The position numbers and the translations under genes are program-made. The notes under the pieces were generated by a model that worked only from the letters and a program-made list of their open reading frames with translations, did no database searches and was not told where the DNA came from. From Bulleidia sp. (GTDB lineage Bacteria > Bacillota_I > Bacilli_A > Erysipelotrichales > Erysipelotrichaceae): a stretch of DNA of 64,000 bases. This document shows positions 50,353 through 59,997 of this stretch, piece after piece. Location: contig JBJEFE010000015.1 of the NCBI GenBank assembly GCA_051873755.1, forward strand, positions 57,891 to 121,890, given 5' to 3'. Position 1 is the stretch's first letter. The number at the start of each line of letters is the position of its first letter.

Positions 50353-51390
50353 TCAGCTGTGTTTCTGGTTCGGGTCGAACGCATCGCGGATGCCATCTGC
50401 GAACAGGTTGAAGCTCAGCATCAGAAGTGCAAGAACGACAATCGGTGCAATCATGATATACGGATGAATCGTCATGGACTTGTATCCATCGGAAATCAGG
50501 GAACCCAGGGATGCCTGCGGCGGCTGGATACCAAGACCTACGAAGGACAGGAATGCTTCAGTAAAGATCGCATTCGGAATGGAGAACATGGACATGATGA
50601 TCAGCTGTCCGAAGATGTTCGGCATGATGTCCTTAAAGATAATCGAGAAGGACCTGGCACCGAGTGTCTTGGATGCCAGTACATATTCGGATTCCTTCAG
50701 CTTCAGCATTTCCGCACGGGCGATACGTGACATACCGATCCATCCGGTGATCATCAGTGCGAAAATGATTGTGACAATACCGCCAGGTAATACAAGACCA
50801 AGCAGTGTAACTGTAACCAGTGTCGGAATACCGTTAAGGATTTCCGCAATTCTCTGCATGACCATATCAATCTTGCCTCCAAAGTAACCGGAGATCAGAC
50901 CATAGGACATACCGATGACGATATCGATGGCAGCTGCGGATACGGCGATGATCAGAGATACACGTGTACCTTCCCATACACGGGTGAACAGGTCACGTCC
51001 GTTTGTATCGGTACCAAACCAGTGATAGATATCCAGCATACCTCTTTCCGCATAGACAGCCTTGCCCTTTTCAACACCGTTGAAGATGCCGAAATTCTCA
51101 AGGAACGGTACACGCGGCGGCATGGACTGCTGAGACTGATCGATTGCCTCAGCCGCATAGCCGGAAACCATCGGACCGAAGATTGCGAACAGAATAATGA
51201 CAATGATGATGATCATACCAATCAGAGCACCCTTGTTCTTCTTGAAATGAGACCATACATCCTTCAGGTAGGAAGTTGTCTTATATGCCTTGTCAACGAG
51301 TTTTTCATCACGCTGTACAAAACGGAAATCGTCATCGGAAAAATCGTCGACAACCTCGTTTGTCAGAACAGGCTTTGTCATTTCACTCAT
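50353..51390 (-). CDS. oppC: oligopeptide ABC transporter permease OppC
   Basis: The ATG at 51390 (MSEMTKPV..) has a GGAGGGA RBS upstream. The start codon lies immediately adjacent to the oppB stop (51392). The product has the typical BPD-transporter EAA-loop region. Confidence 0.85.
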   Translation of the reverse strand: MSEMTKPVLTNEVVDDFSDDDFRFVQRDEKLVDKAYKTTSYLKDVWSHFKKNKGALIGMIIIIVIILFAIFGPMVSGYAAEAIDQSQQSMPPRVPFLENFGIFNGVEKGKAVYAERGMLDIYHWFGTDTNGRDLFTRVWEGTRVSLIIAVSAAAIDIVIGMSYGLISGYFGGKIDMVMQRIAEILNGIPTLVTVTLLGLVLPGGIVTIIFALMITGWIGMSRIARAEMLKLKESEYVLASKTLGARSFSIIFKDIMPNIFGQLIIMSMFSIPNAIFTEAFLSFVGLGIQPPQASLGSLISDGYKSMTIHPYIMIAPIVVLALLMLSFNLFADGIRDAFDPNQKHS

Positions 51391-51391
51391 C

Positions 51392-52327
51392 TTAACTTCC
51401 CTCCTTTGCGACTCTGATTCTCGGGTCAATAACACCGTAGAGAATATCCACAATCAGCATCATGATGATATAAAGCGCGGAATATACGAATGCACAGGCG
51501 ATGACAACGTTATAGTCGTTGCCGGTAATTGCCTGCACCATCAGCATACCGATACCCGGAATCGCGAATACCTTTTCAACGACCATGGAACCGGTCAACA
51601 GGTTGACAAGCATCGGACCCATGACAGTGATGATCGGAATCAGCGCGTTACGCAGTGCGTGATGGAAAATCAGATCCTTTTCACGAACACCCTTTGCCTG
51701 AACAAGTGCGATATAGTCACTGTTGAGGACATCGATCATTTCCGATCTTGTAAAACGGGAAACGTTTGCGATCGGGAACATGGCCAGCGCGATGGTCGGC
51801 AGTATCGACGATCCCAGAGGATTGTTCGTATTGTACAGAATCGGCGCCCAGTTGAGCTTGAAACCGACAAAGTAAGCCAGCAGAAGTGCGAATACATACG
51901 ATGGAACAGAGACACCGACAATGGATATCGCTGAACACAATGAGTCAATCCAGCTGTTGTGGTTAAGTGCTGCCGCAATACCAAGAAGCAGACCGACAAC
52001 AGAACCAAGCAGGAATCCCTGTGCACCGATACGAATGGAAACGCCAAGTGGCCCTCTGATCATTTCCATGACGGCTCTGTTCTTATTCAATACGTAAGAT
52101 ACACCAAGATCTCCCTGCAGCATGTTTACAACATACTTGAAGAACCGGATGAAGAACGGCTGATCGAGTCCGTACTTCGCATACAGCATGACCTTCTGTG
52201 CCTCTGTCAGCTTTTCATCGTTGAACGGAGAACCCGGCATCAGTGAAAGCATCAGGAACAGGACAAACAGAATCACAAGCAGCGTCATAATACTGACCAG
52301 CAATCGTTTTGTGATATATTTTTTCAT
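51392..52327 (-). CDS. oppB: oligopeptide ABC transporter permease OppB
   Basis: 311 aa. MKKYITKRLL.. is a typical OppB/DppB N-terminus. Confidence 0.9.
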   Translation of the reverse strand: MKKYITKRLLVSIMTLLVILFVLFLMLSLMPGSPFNDEKLTEAQKVMLYAKYGLDQPFFIRFFKYVVNMLQGDLGVSYVLNKNRAVMEMIRGPLGVSIRIGAQGFLLGSVVGLLLGIAAALNHNSWIDSLCSAISIVGVSVPSYVFALLLAYFVGFKLNWAPILYNTNNPLGSSILPTIALAMFPIANVSRFTRSEMIDVLNSDYIALVQAKGVREKDLIFHHALRNALIPIITVMGPMLVNLLTGSMVVEKVFAIPGIGMLMVQAITGNDYNVVIACAFVYSALYIIMMLIVDILYGVIDPRIRVAKEGS

Positions 52328-52363
52328 GTTGATCTTCCCTTTCTAATCATAGTGAGAAACGCA

Positions 52364-52386
52364 ATAGAGCGGGTTGCCCGCTCTAT
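52364..52386 (-). other. Intercistronic stem-loop between oppA and oppB
   Basis: Perfect 10-bp stem ATAGAGCGGG/CCCGCTCTAT with a 3-nt loop. The downstream U-tract on the minus strand is weak. It is probably an mRNA stabiliser or partial terminator. Confidence 0.55.
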
Positions 52387-52420
52387 CACATCTCATGTTT
52401 TACGTTCTGAAGATTAACGC

Positions 52421-54055
52421 TTACGCAGCCTTCTTCATGAAGCGGTAGGAGTCAACACCACCGGCATGGAATTCAATACCGGAAACTGCAGGGTTGATCA
52501 TCATAGCGCCACCACTCTGATATACAGGGATCATAGCCATATCATCGATCAGCATCTTTTCAGCTTCAACGATGTCTGCCCATCTCTTTTCAGCATCCGG
52601 TGCATCTTCGCCGATGAATGCCTTATCGCATAATGCGTCGTAATCTGTGTTGAAGTAAGAACCGTTGTATCCAGGAACAGAAGATCTGAACAGATCCATG
52701 AATGTCTGTGGGTCAGCATAGTCAGGACCCCATCTTGTTAACATGACTTCATATTCATGTGCCCTGGAAAGTTCGAGTCTTGTCTTCTTAGGCTTGCAGT
52801 TCATTGTGACTGTCAGGCCTGGGAGATTTGTCTGTAGCTGCTGCTGGAGGTTTTCAGCGACAGCCTTGCAGGATTCAGAGTCTTCATACAGAAGTTCGAT
52901 TGTAACGTCTCCGCCTAAAGCAGCGACTGCCTTTGCATAGTAAGCCTGAGCTTCTTCAGGTTCAGCTGTTGCGTTCAGAAGGTTGCCTGCTGTTTCACGG
53001 TAATCCTTACCGTCTGGTCCATATGCGAATTCCTTCGGAATGAAGCCTTCAGCCGGAACAGAACCATCCTTTAATACATCGTCCGCAATGGATGTACGGT
53101 CAATCGCAAGGGACAGTGCCTTACGCAGGTCGACGTTGTTGAGCTTGTCTACATCGAAGCAGAAGTCAAGTCTCCAGCCATAACCTTCCAGACGTGTTGT
53201 GAAGCCGTCTTCTTCCTTATAGGCATCAACCTGTTCGGAAGCGAGCTTGACAACATCGATGTTGCCCTGCTGGAATTCCAGCATAGCGGACTGTGTATCC
53301 TGCAGGAACTTGAAGGTGACGTTTTCAACTTCAACCTTGTCAGCTGCCCAGTAATCTTCATTCTTTGTGAATGTGTACTGGTTGCCTGCCTGCCAGTCTG
53401 TCATTGTATATGGTCCGCAGTAGATCAGGTCATCTACAGAACCGATACCGAACTGATCACCCTTGGATTCATAGAATTCCTGGTTTAACGGGAAGAAGGA
53501 TGGGAATGCCATCAGGCCAAGCAGGAATCCGCATGGCTGTGTCAGATGAACAACGAATGTGGAGTCATCTGTTGCTTCTACACCGAGATCAGATAATGGT
53601 TTTTCCCCTGTGATACATTCATCAGCGTTGACAACACCGATTGTGGATACGATGAAGTTGTATTCGGATGCCAGTGCCGGATCAACCAGTCTCTGCCAGC
53701 CGTATACGAAGTCGTGTGCGGTAACAGGAGTACCGTTGGACCACTTCGCACCTTCACGGATCTTGAATGTGTAAGTCATACCGTCATCGCTGACTTCCCA
53801 GCTTTCAGCCATGTCAGGGACCGGCTGTCCGTCGGAGTCAAGCATTGCAAGTCCGGAGACACACATTGACTGCATGATGAATGAGTTACCGTCTGTTGCG
53901 TATTCGTAGTCCATTGTATTCAGGTCTGCGTCAATCGCAACTGTTACGGAAGAACTGCCGGTACCTGCTGTACTTCCGCCGCCTGTTGTTGAGGAACCGC
54001 ATCCGACAAGCATTGTACCTGCCATTGCGATTGCTAAAGGCTTCTTTAATTCCAT
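52421..54055 (-). CDS. oppA: oligopeptide ABC transporter substrate-binding lipoprotein (family 5 SBP)
   Basis: 544 aa. It has a signal peptide with lipobox LVGC|GSS. The SBP_bac_5 pattern includes ..WSNGTPVTAHDFVY... Confidence 0.9.
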   Translation of the reverse strand: MELKKPLAIAMAGTMLVGCGSSTTGGGSTAGTGSSSVTVAIDADLNTMDYEYATDGNSFIMQSMCVSGLAMLDSDGQPVPDMAESWEVSDDGMTYTFKIREGAKWSNGTPVTAHDFVYGWQRLVDPALASEYNFIVSTIGVVNADECITGEKPLSDLGVEATDDSTFVVHLTQPCGFLLGLMAFPSFFPLNQEFYESKGDQFGIGSVDDLIYCGPYTMTDWQAGNQYTFTKNEDYWAADKVEVENVTFKFLQDTQSAMLEFQQGNIDVVKLASEQVDAYKEEDGFTTRLEGYGWRLDFCFDVDKLNNVDLRKALSLAIDRTSIADDVLKDGSVPAEGFIPKEFAYGPDGKDYRETAGNLLNATAEPEEAQAYYAKAVAALGGDVTIELLYEDSESCKAVAENLQQQLQTNLPGLTVTMNCKPKKTRLELSRAHEYEVMLTRWGPDYADPQTFMDLFRSSVPGYNGSYFNTDYDALCDKAFIGEDAPDAEKRWADIVEAEKMLIDDMAMIPVYQSGGAMMINPAVSGIEFHAGGVDSYRFMKKAA

Positions 54056-54137
54056 AGAATATTTCCCCCTTTCAGAAATATAGTTGTAATTTTAAGGGAA
54101 TGAGAACATTTTGCAATAGGAAATATTTAATTTACAT

Positions 54138-54176
54138 TATTTACATTGAAATTTTTCATCATTTTCAATGTAAATA
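54138..54176. promoter_or_regulatory. 14-bp inverted repeat TATTTACATTGAAA-N11-TTTCAATGTAAATA in the opp promoter region
   Basis: Read directly from the sequence. The arms are at 54138-54151 and 54163-54176. On the minus strand, TTGAAA-N17 falls inside it. The adjacent tandem repeat TTTACATT is at 54131-54148. Confidence 0.5.
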
Positions 54177-54187
54177 TTTTCATTTTC

Positions 54188-54208
54188 CGTTCACAATGCG
54201 TTCACAAT
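54188..54208. repeat. Tandem direct repeat CGTTCACAAT x2 with 11-bp period upstream of the opp promoter
   Basis: The copies are at 54188-54197 and 54199-54208, separated by 1 nt. Confidence 0.6.
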
Positions 54209-54222
54209 ATCGTCATATATGC

Positions 54223-54257
54223 AAAAAAATGCAGATTCTTTTCAAATCTGCATTTTT
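54223..54257 (-). terminator. Terminator after the pyrophosphatase gene
   Basis: ATGCAGATT (54229-54237) pairs with AATCTGCAT (54245-54253). It is flanked by an A-run and a T-run, so it could act bidirectionally. Confidence 0.7.
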
Positions 54258-54266
54258 CAAAACGCA

Positions 54267-55910
54267 TTACATTTCTTTGAATATGGAAGAGAGTTTCGGC
54301 ATCAGCTGCTGTTTTCTCGAGATGATATTCGGATCAAATCCGAAGTGTTCATCGAAGTTGGTCTCAATGACATCGGAAAGAACATAGGATAACGGACCGT
54401 AGTAGACAAAGAACGAGCCGTTGCCCATCACATCCGTAAACAGCATGACCATGATGTCCAGATGGTTGTTTGCCTGTTCGATTTCCAGTGCCTTGCGGAA
54501 TTCCGGCATGATTCTCTGCACATCCTCCATATGGGAGTAGTTTGTCTGTCCGATCGCAAAGGAGAATCTTCCGATCTGATAGGACTTCAGGTCGCGGTAG
54601 AGAATTTCCGTCGGTGCCGAATCAATCAGGGATACGGAAGCGCCCAGCATTTCACGGGCATAAGCTTCGATATCCTCGATTCCCGCCTTCTCCGCCAGCT
54701 TCAATACGGTTTCACGGTCAAGATCCGTCACGGTTGCGGACTTGAGATTCAATGTATCCGAAAGGATCGCACTGAGCATCAGGCCGGCCATATCCTGTCC
54801 CGGCTCAATGCCTGCCTCCTCATACAGTCTGGATATGATCGTGCATGTGCAGCCGCATCTGTGATTGCGGTATTCAATTGGCCGATCGGTCTGGATGTCA
54901 CCGATGTGGTGATGGTCGACAATGGAGATGATCTCTGCCTCCTGAACATGGTTGACCGACTGGTTGACGGCACTGTGGTCCACCAGTGCAAACTTTCTTC
55001 TGTTGTAGTTTCTTGTATGGTAGCGGGATACCGCTCCCACAACATTGCCCTCCTCATCCAATACCGGATAGGAACGCACACGGGAGCTTCCCATCTTGGC
55101 AGCCACATCCTCGACATACTCATTCTCCTGGAAAGCAATGATTCTGTCCTTTGGAGTCATGATGCGGTCTACTGAATAGCTTTCGGTGATGACCTTTGCG
55201 GTATGCATCGTATCATAGCGTGTTTCAATGATGGCGCATCCCTTTTCAATGGCCTTGCGGACAACTTCCACATCCGCATGAACACCGCATGTCAGTACAA
55301 TGCATTTGACACCGATCTCCAGCAGTGTCATCTGTTTGACCTTGCCGGAGGAAAGAATGACGATGCTGTTTTCAAAGTGGCTGTGTTCGATATCCGAAAG
55401 GTTTTCCAGCGTAATGATATGAACGGTACCGTTGGTACGGAAACCCTTCGGTTCAATGACGACACTGCCGCCGATGGTACGTGCGATATTACCGCAGGTA
55501 GCGGTGGACATCAGCTGATCGATGTTGGCCTCCTGATGGATACGGACATCTGACAGATTACTGGTTGTACAGATTCCGACCAGATCCCCCTTTTCATCTA
55601 CAACAAACAGGGAGCGGTTCTGTGTCCTCAACATCAGATGCCATGCATGATGCACCGTATCCGTATGCAGGATGGTTGTCGGATGGTCAAGATCAATATC
55701 CTTGAGCATAGCCCGTGCATCCGTCAGCAGCAGCGGGTTTTCCTGATGAAATTTCTTCAGGATGAATTTGGTTTCTTCGTTCAACGGGCCCTGACGGCAG
55801 GCAATGGCTGTTTTTCCTGTTCGGTTGAGCAGTTCCGCGTACGTGATTGCCGAACAGATCGAGTCACTGTCAGGATGCTTGTGTCCCGTGACATAGATAT
55901 TCTGATTCAT
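54267..55910 (-). CDS. ppaC: family II inorganic pyrophosphatase with CBS/DRTGG insert (CBS-PPase)
   Basis: 547 aa. It has the DHH N-terminus (VTGHKHPDSDSICS), an internal CBS-pair/DRTGG-like region, DHH (VDHHH) and a DHHA2 C-terminal domain. Confidence 0.85.
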   Translation of the reverse strand: MNQNIYVTGHKHPDSDSICSAITYAELLNRTGKTAIACRQGPLNEETKFILKKFHQENPLLLTDARAMLKDIDLDHPTTILHTDTVHHAWHLMLRTQNRSLFVVDEKGDLVGICTTSNLSDVRIHQEANIDQLMSTATCGNIARTIGGSVVIEPKGFRTNGTVHIITLENLSDIEHSHFENSIVILSSGKVKQMTLLEIGVKCIVLTCGVHADVEVVRKAIEKGCAIIETRYDTMHTAKVITESYSVDRIMTPKDRIIAFQENEYVEDVAAKMGSSRVRSYPVLDEEGNVVGAVSRYHTRNYNRRKFALVDHSAVNQSVNHVQEAEIISIVDHHHIGDIQTDRPIEYRNHRCGCTCTIISRLYEEAGIEPGQDMAGLMLSAILSDTLNLKSATVTDLDRETVLKLAEKAGIEDIEAYAREMLGASVSLIDSAPTEILYRDLKSYQIGRFSFAIGQTNYSHMEDVQRIMPEFRKALEIEQANNHLDIMVMLFTDVMGNGSFFVYYGPLSYVLSDVIETNFDEHFGFDPNIISRKQQLMPKLSSIFKEM

Positions 55911-55961
55911 TGATTTACCTCATTATTCAGAAAAATGATTCTGTTACAACCATTTTACTAC

Positions 55962-55988
55962 AAAAACAGACCTCATTGAGGTCTGTTT
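55962..55988 (-). terminator. Terminator after map
   Basis: AACAGACCTC-ATT-GAGGTCTGTT. The A-run at 55962-55966 gives a U-tract on the minus strand. Confidence 0.7.
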
Positions 55989-55990
55989 CA

Positions 55991-56845
55991 TCAATATGTC
56001 AGAATTTCATATCCTGTTTCGGTAATCAGAATGGTGTGTTCCCACTGGGCACTGTCTTTGCCGTCTTCGGTATAAACTGTCCATCCGTTATACGGATCCA
56101 GTACGACAGATGCCTTTCCGGCATTGATCATCGGTTCAATGGTGATGGTCATACCCGGCACAAGCACCATACCGGTGCCTTTTTTTCCGACATGGGAAAC
56201 AAACGGGTCTTCATGGAATCCAAGTCCGACGCCGTGACCCCCAAGATCTCTGACAACCGAATAGCCTTTGGAACGTGCATAACGGCTGATCGCATAGCCG
56301 ATATCACCGACGGTTCCCCATGGTTTTGCGGCTTCCAGACCGATTTCCAGGCATTTCCTTGTCTCTTCAACAAGTCTGCGTCTTTCTTCGGACACATTGC
56401 CTACCATAAACATACGGGAGGCATCCGCATAATACCCATCCACGATGGTTGTGCAGTCAACGTTGATGATATCACCGTCGCGCAGTTTTCTGTGGCGGGC
56501 AGGAATACCGTGGCACACCTCACCGTTGATGGATGTGCATACACTCTTTGGATATCCTTCATATCCAAGCGGAGCACAGATACCGCCGTGCTGTTTTGTA
56601 TAGGATGCGACGATATCGTCGATTTCCTGTGTGCTCATGCCAACGCGGATATGCTTTGCGACTTCATCCAGGCATCCGGTATTGACAACACCCGCTTTAC
56701 GCATGCCTTCAATCATTGTCGGACGCTTGATCCATTCATCGTCAATCACCTCTTTGTGCTTCTGGCGCAGCTGTTCCATTCTTTCGTGAATATGATGCGG
56801 AATCGGTTCCCGCTCATCAATTTCCTTCCAGAGTTTTTCATCCAT
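55991..56845 (-). CDS. map: type I methionine aminopeptidase (with N-terminal extension)
   Basis: 284 aa. It has the metal-ligand motifs DIINVDCT, GHGVG and EHT. Confidence 0.9.
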   Translation of the reverse strand: MDEKLWKEIDEREPIPHHIHERMEQLRQKHKEVIDDEWIKRPTMIEGMRKAGVVNTGCLDEVAKHIRVGMSTQEIDDIVASYTKQHGGICAPLGYEGYPKSVCTSINGEVCHGIPARHRKLRDGDIINVDCTTIVDGYYADASRMFMVGNVSEERRRLVEETRKCLEIGLEAAKPWGTVGDIGYAISRYARSKGYSVVRDLGGHGVGLGFHEDPFVSHVGKKGTGMVLVPGMTITIEPMINAGKASVVLDPYNGWTVYTEDGKDSAQWEHTILITETGYEILTY

Positions 56846-56854
56846 ATAATATGC

Positions 56855-57370
56855 TCACTCTCTCTTTTCATCCGTACTGCCGAATCCACCTGTTCTGACA
56901 TTGCGGCTCTCTTCCTCTTCCGCAATGCCAAACGGCAGGAAGATGCCCTGCACAAAACCTTTCCCTCTGATCAGCGGAAGGTCTTTGCCGGCATTGGAAT
57001 CACATGTGATCCGGCACATGATATGTCCTTCATTGTCCGCTCCGTAGTAGTCCGCATCAATGATGCCCGCTGTGTTGTCCAGCTGCATCCTGTACTGAAA
57101 CCCCATCGAACTTCGTGGAAACAGAACCAGAACATAACCGTCGTCTATTTTAGCACGGATTCCCGTCGGTATCAGCACAGATTCCTTTACATGAACCTTC
57201 AGATCCTTCGGACAGAGGAAATCATATCCGGCTGAACCCTTCGTCGCACGTTTTGGAATCTGAATACCCTCATAGATTTCCCTTACAATGTCCCCATCAT
57301 CCGGGAACTGTTTCAGCCAGTCTTTTTCAAACTGTTCATAACTCACTTTTTCAAATGCCGCAATCGCCAT
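56855..57370 (-). CDS. dut: dUTP diphosphatase (trimeric dUTPase family)
   Basis: 171 aa. It has the motifs GSAGYD, PRSS, GIIDADYYG and the C-terminal RTGGFGST. Confidence 0.85.
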   Translation of the reverse strand: MAIAAFEKVSYEQFEKDWLKQFPDDGDIVREIYEGIQIPKRATKGSAGYDFLCPKDLKVHVKESVLIPTGIRAKIDDGYVLVLFPRSSMGFQYRMQLDNTAGIIDADYYGADNEGHIMCRITCDSNAGKDLPLIRGKGFVQGIFLPFGIAEEEESRNVRTGGFGSTDEKRE

Positions 57371-57371
57371 C

Positions 57372-58658
57372 TTACCCCTCCTTGACCTGGCGGATCATAT
57401 CCGCAATCATCTCCGCCTGTGCGATATCAAACGGATACACCGTCATCAGCACCTTTTCCGGTATGACCGTATGATCCGGATAGAAATGTGTATGAATGAT
57501 CATCCGGATGATCGTTCTGTGATCCATGGAACGGATGAAATCCAGAATTTCCGAAGGCCGGAAGTTATCCATGAAGCGGAAGTCCGCCATCGATGCATCC
57601 TCGAAGATCGAAACAATCTGTTCCTGAACCTCTTTGAAATCATATACAACCGTTTCATCAAATCCGCACAGTTCCATAATGGAATCCAGCATGCCAAAGA
57701 AATACTCTGTTTCATTCAGGGATTCCCTGTGCATCATATCCTTCAGTTTATCCGTAATGGTCGAATCAGAAAACAGTTTATCATTGACCCTGTTGGCATT
57801 TTTGATTTCCGTTTCCAGCCGCAGGAGTCTGAGAATCCAGCCGTTGACATACTCTGGAAGTGTAAACGGAAGGAATGTGTAACGGATCCCGTCATATCTG
57901 CCATACACCTTCATCGTATCGTTGTATCCGAGGATTTTGGCTCTTTGAAGTTTGTATTCATCAAAGTCAAGGAAGTTGTACAGCGGTGCGTGAGGACGGA
58001 TGATTGTGATCATCTTCTTGTTTTCATACAGCGGATGCAGAGGTCTGTCATTCAGCTCGATTCCGACAATCTCATCACTGCCGATCCGAAGTGCCTCATC
58101 AATCGGGAAGTTGTCATAATACCCTCCGTCAATATATTCCTGCCCTTCAATCTCCTTTACCGGGAATGCGGGATAGGCGGAAGCCGATGCGATCAGCCAG
58201 TCCCTTCCGTTTTTGCGCATCATCGTCTTATCCACAAACACCCCGCTGTGATCCTTCTTTCTTGCGCATACACAGCCAAAGTCAATCAGGCTGTGAAAGA
58301 ATTTTTCCGGTTTGTAGTATTCATCCACCATCTGATAAAACGGACTGACATCCAGACTCTTTTCCCTGATGTAATGTGCAATCTGATCCTGGATTTCCTG
58401 ACGTTGGTTCAGAATGGTTGAAAATGACATATCCACCGGCAGGAACCCGTTGACAAACTGTTCCTGGGTAATGTTGTCGTACATCTTCTCCATCCTGTCA
58501 AATTCCCCCTGTACAAGCAGTGCCGCATTCAGTGCACCCACCGATACACCGATCACACAGTCAAACTGATCTTTACCGAGTTCCCGGAGTGCACGCAGCA
58601 CGCCGCACTCATAAATTCCTTTTGTGCCGCCTCCGGCCATGACAAGTGTTCTTTTCAT
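57372..58658 (-). CDS. patatin-like phospholipase
   Basis: From the ATG at 58658 the product begins MKRTLVMAGGGTKG (oxyanion GGGxxG). It has nucleophile GVSVGA (GxSxG) and catalytic Asp in YIDGGYYDN. Confidence 0.8.
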   Translation of the reverse strand: MKRTLVMAGGGTKGIYECGVLRALRELGKDQFDCVIGVSVGALNAALLVQGEFDRMEKMYDNITQEQFVNGFLPVDMSFSTILNQRQEIQDQIAHYIREKSLDVSPFYQMVDEYYKPEKFFHSLIDFGCVCARKKDHSGVFVDKTMMRKNGRDWLIASASAYPAFPVKEIEGQEYIDGGYYDNFPIDEALRIGSDEIVGIELNDRPLHPLYENKKMITIIRPHAPLYNFLDFDEYKLQRAKILGYNDTMKVYGRYDGIRYTFLPFTLPEYVNGWILRLLRLETEIKNANRVNDKLFSDSTITDKLKDMMHRESLNETEYFFGMLDSIMELCGFDETVVYDFKEVQEQIVSIFEDASMADFRFMDNFRPSEILDFIRSMDHRTIIRMIIHTHFYPDHTVIPEKVLMTVYPFDIAQAEMIADMIRQVKEG

Positions 58659-58744
58659 ACCCGTACATTCTAGCACAATACGAAAAGAATATCTTTTCAC
58701 GTGATTTAACGGTATAATAAGCCGTGGTAACGGAGGTATTTCTG

Positions 58745-59953
58745 ATGAAACTCAATACAGCTGTATTCTTCGGCGGTGAATCTGTCGAACATGAAGTCAG
58801 TATCATCTCTGCCCATCAGGCAATGGAAGCCATGGACAGGGAAAAATATAACGTCATTCCGGTATACGTCGCAAAAAACAGAAAACTGTATGTCGGCGAA
58901 GCGCTGAATGATATGAACAACTACAGAAATCTGAACACTCTGATCGATTCCTGCACACAGGTTACGATCGTACTGGAAGACAACCGTGTTGTCATCCGCC
59001 CTGTTAAGACAGGACTGTTCGGGAAAAAGGAACTCGGCACCATCGATGTGGCAATTCCTGTCATGCACGGTACAAACGGTGAGGATGGAACCATTCAGGG
59101 ATTCTTTGAAATGCTGAAGGTGCCGTATGCCGGATGTGATCTGTACGGTGCGGCAGTCGGACAGGACAAGGTACTGCAGAAGCACATTCTGGCAGACAAT
59201 GATCTGCCGATCACAAACTGGTTCTGGTGCTACGGCAGTGATATCGACACGGAGCGTGACACGATCCTCCGCAAGGTACATAAACTGATTTATCCGGTCA
59301 TTCTCAAACCGGCACGCACCGGTTCTTCCGTCGGTATTTCCATTGCCCATAACGACGGGGAATATCTGGAATGCTTTGCGGAAGCCAGACAGTATGATGA
59401 AAAGATCATTACGGAAAAGGTTGTCAAACCGATGATTGAACTCAACTGTTCGGTATTGGGAGACGGTGCGGATGCGAAAGCTTCCGTGATCGAACAGGTC
59501 GGTTCGGTTTCCGGGGATGAGCTTCTCAGCTACAGGGATAAATACCAGGGAGGTGGTAAAGGATCCAAGGGTTCCAAATCATCCTCTTCCTCTGCCGGTA
59601 TGGCGTCCACCGCAAGAATCGTACCTGCCCCGATCTCAAAGGAACAGACGGAATACATCCAGTCTCTTGCCCTCAAAACATTCCGGGTACTCGGTTCTGC
59701 CGGTGTATGCCGCATTGACTTCATGATGGATGCGGAGACAAAGACAGTCTATGTCAATGAGATCAATACGATCCCTGGTTCCCTTGCCTTCTATTTATGG
59801 AAAGAGGAAGGCATGTCCTTCACACAGCTGATGGACAGCCTTGTATCACAGGCTCTGGAAAGAGAAAGAAGAAGATCACGCATGACCTTCTCCTATGATA
59901 CAAACCTTCTCAGCACATATTCCGCTTCCGGATCCAAGGGATCCAAATCCTGA
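58745..59953 (+). CDS. ddl: D-alanine--D-alanine ligase
   Basis: The ATG at 58745 follows the GGAGG RBS. It has MKLNTAVFFGGESVEHEVS, HGTNGEDGTIQG and EINTIPG. It carries a Gly/Ser/Lys-rich omega-loop insert and a similar C-terminal tail. Confidence 0.9.
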   Translation: MKLNTAVFFGGESVEHEVSIISAHQAMEAMDREKYNVIPVYVAKNRKLYVGEALNDMNNYRNLNTLIDSCTQVTIVLEDNRVVIRPVKTGLFGKKELGTIDVAIPVMHGTNGEDGTIQGFFEMLKVPYAGCDLYGAAVGQDKVLQKHILADNDLPITNWFWCYGSDIDTERDTILRKVHKLIYPVILKPARTGSSVGISIAHNDGEYLECFAEARQYDEKIITEKVVKPMIELNCSVLGDGADAKASVIEQVGSVSGDELLSYRDKYQGGGKGSKGSKSSSSSAGMASTARIVPAPISKEQTEYIQSLALKTFRVLGSAGVCRIDFMMDAETKTVYVNEINTIPGSLAFYLWKEEGMSFTQLMDSLVSQALERERRRSRMTFSYDTNLLSTYSASGSKGSKS

Positions 59954-59966
59954 ATCAGAAAACTGA

Positions 59967-59997
59967 GTGCAGAATGATACGTCATCCTGCACTTTTT
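59967..59997 (+). terminator. Terminator after ddl
   Basis: GTGCAG-A-ATGA-TACG-TCAT-C-CTGCAC followed by TTTTT. Confidence 0.7.

Noticed and set aside
54100-54222. CodY box in the opp promoter
   Set aside because: The best manual alignments to AATTTTCWGAAAATT reach only about 10/15 matches, which is not sufficient to call.
55910-57235. 441-aa plus-strand ORF
   Set aside because: It is antisense to map and dut, both of which have clear catalytic motifs. It is a codon-aligned shadow ORF.
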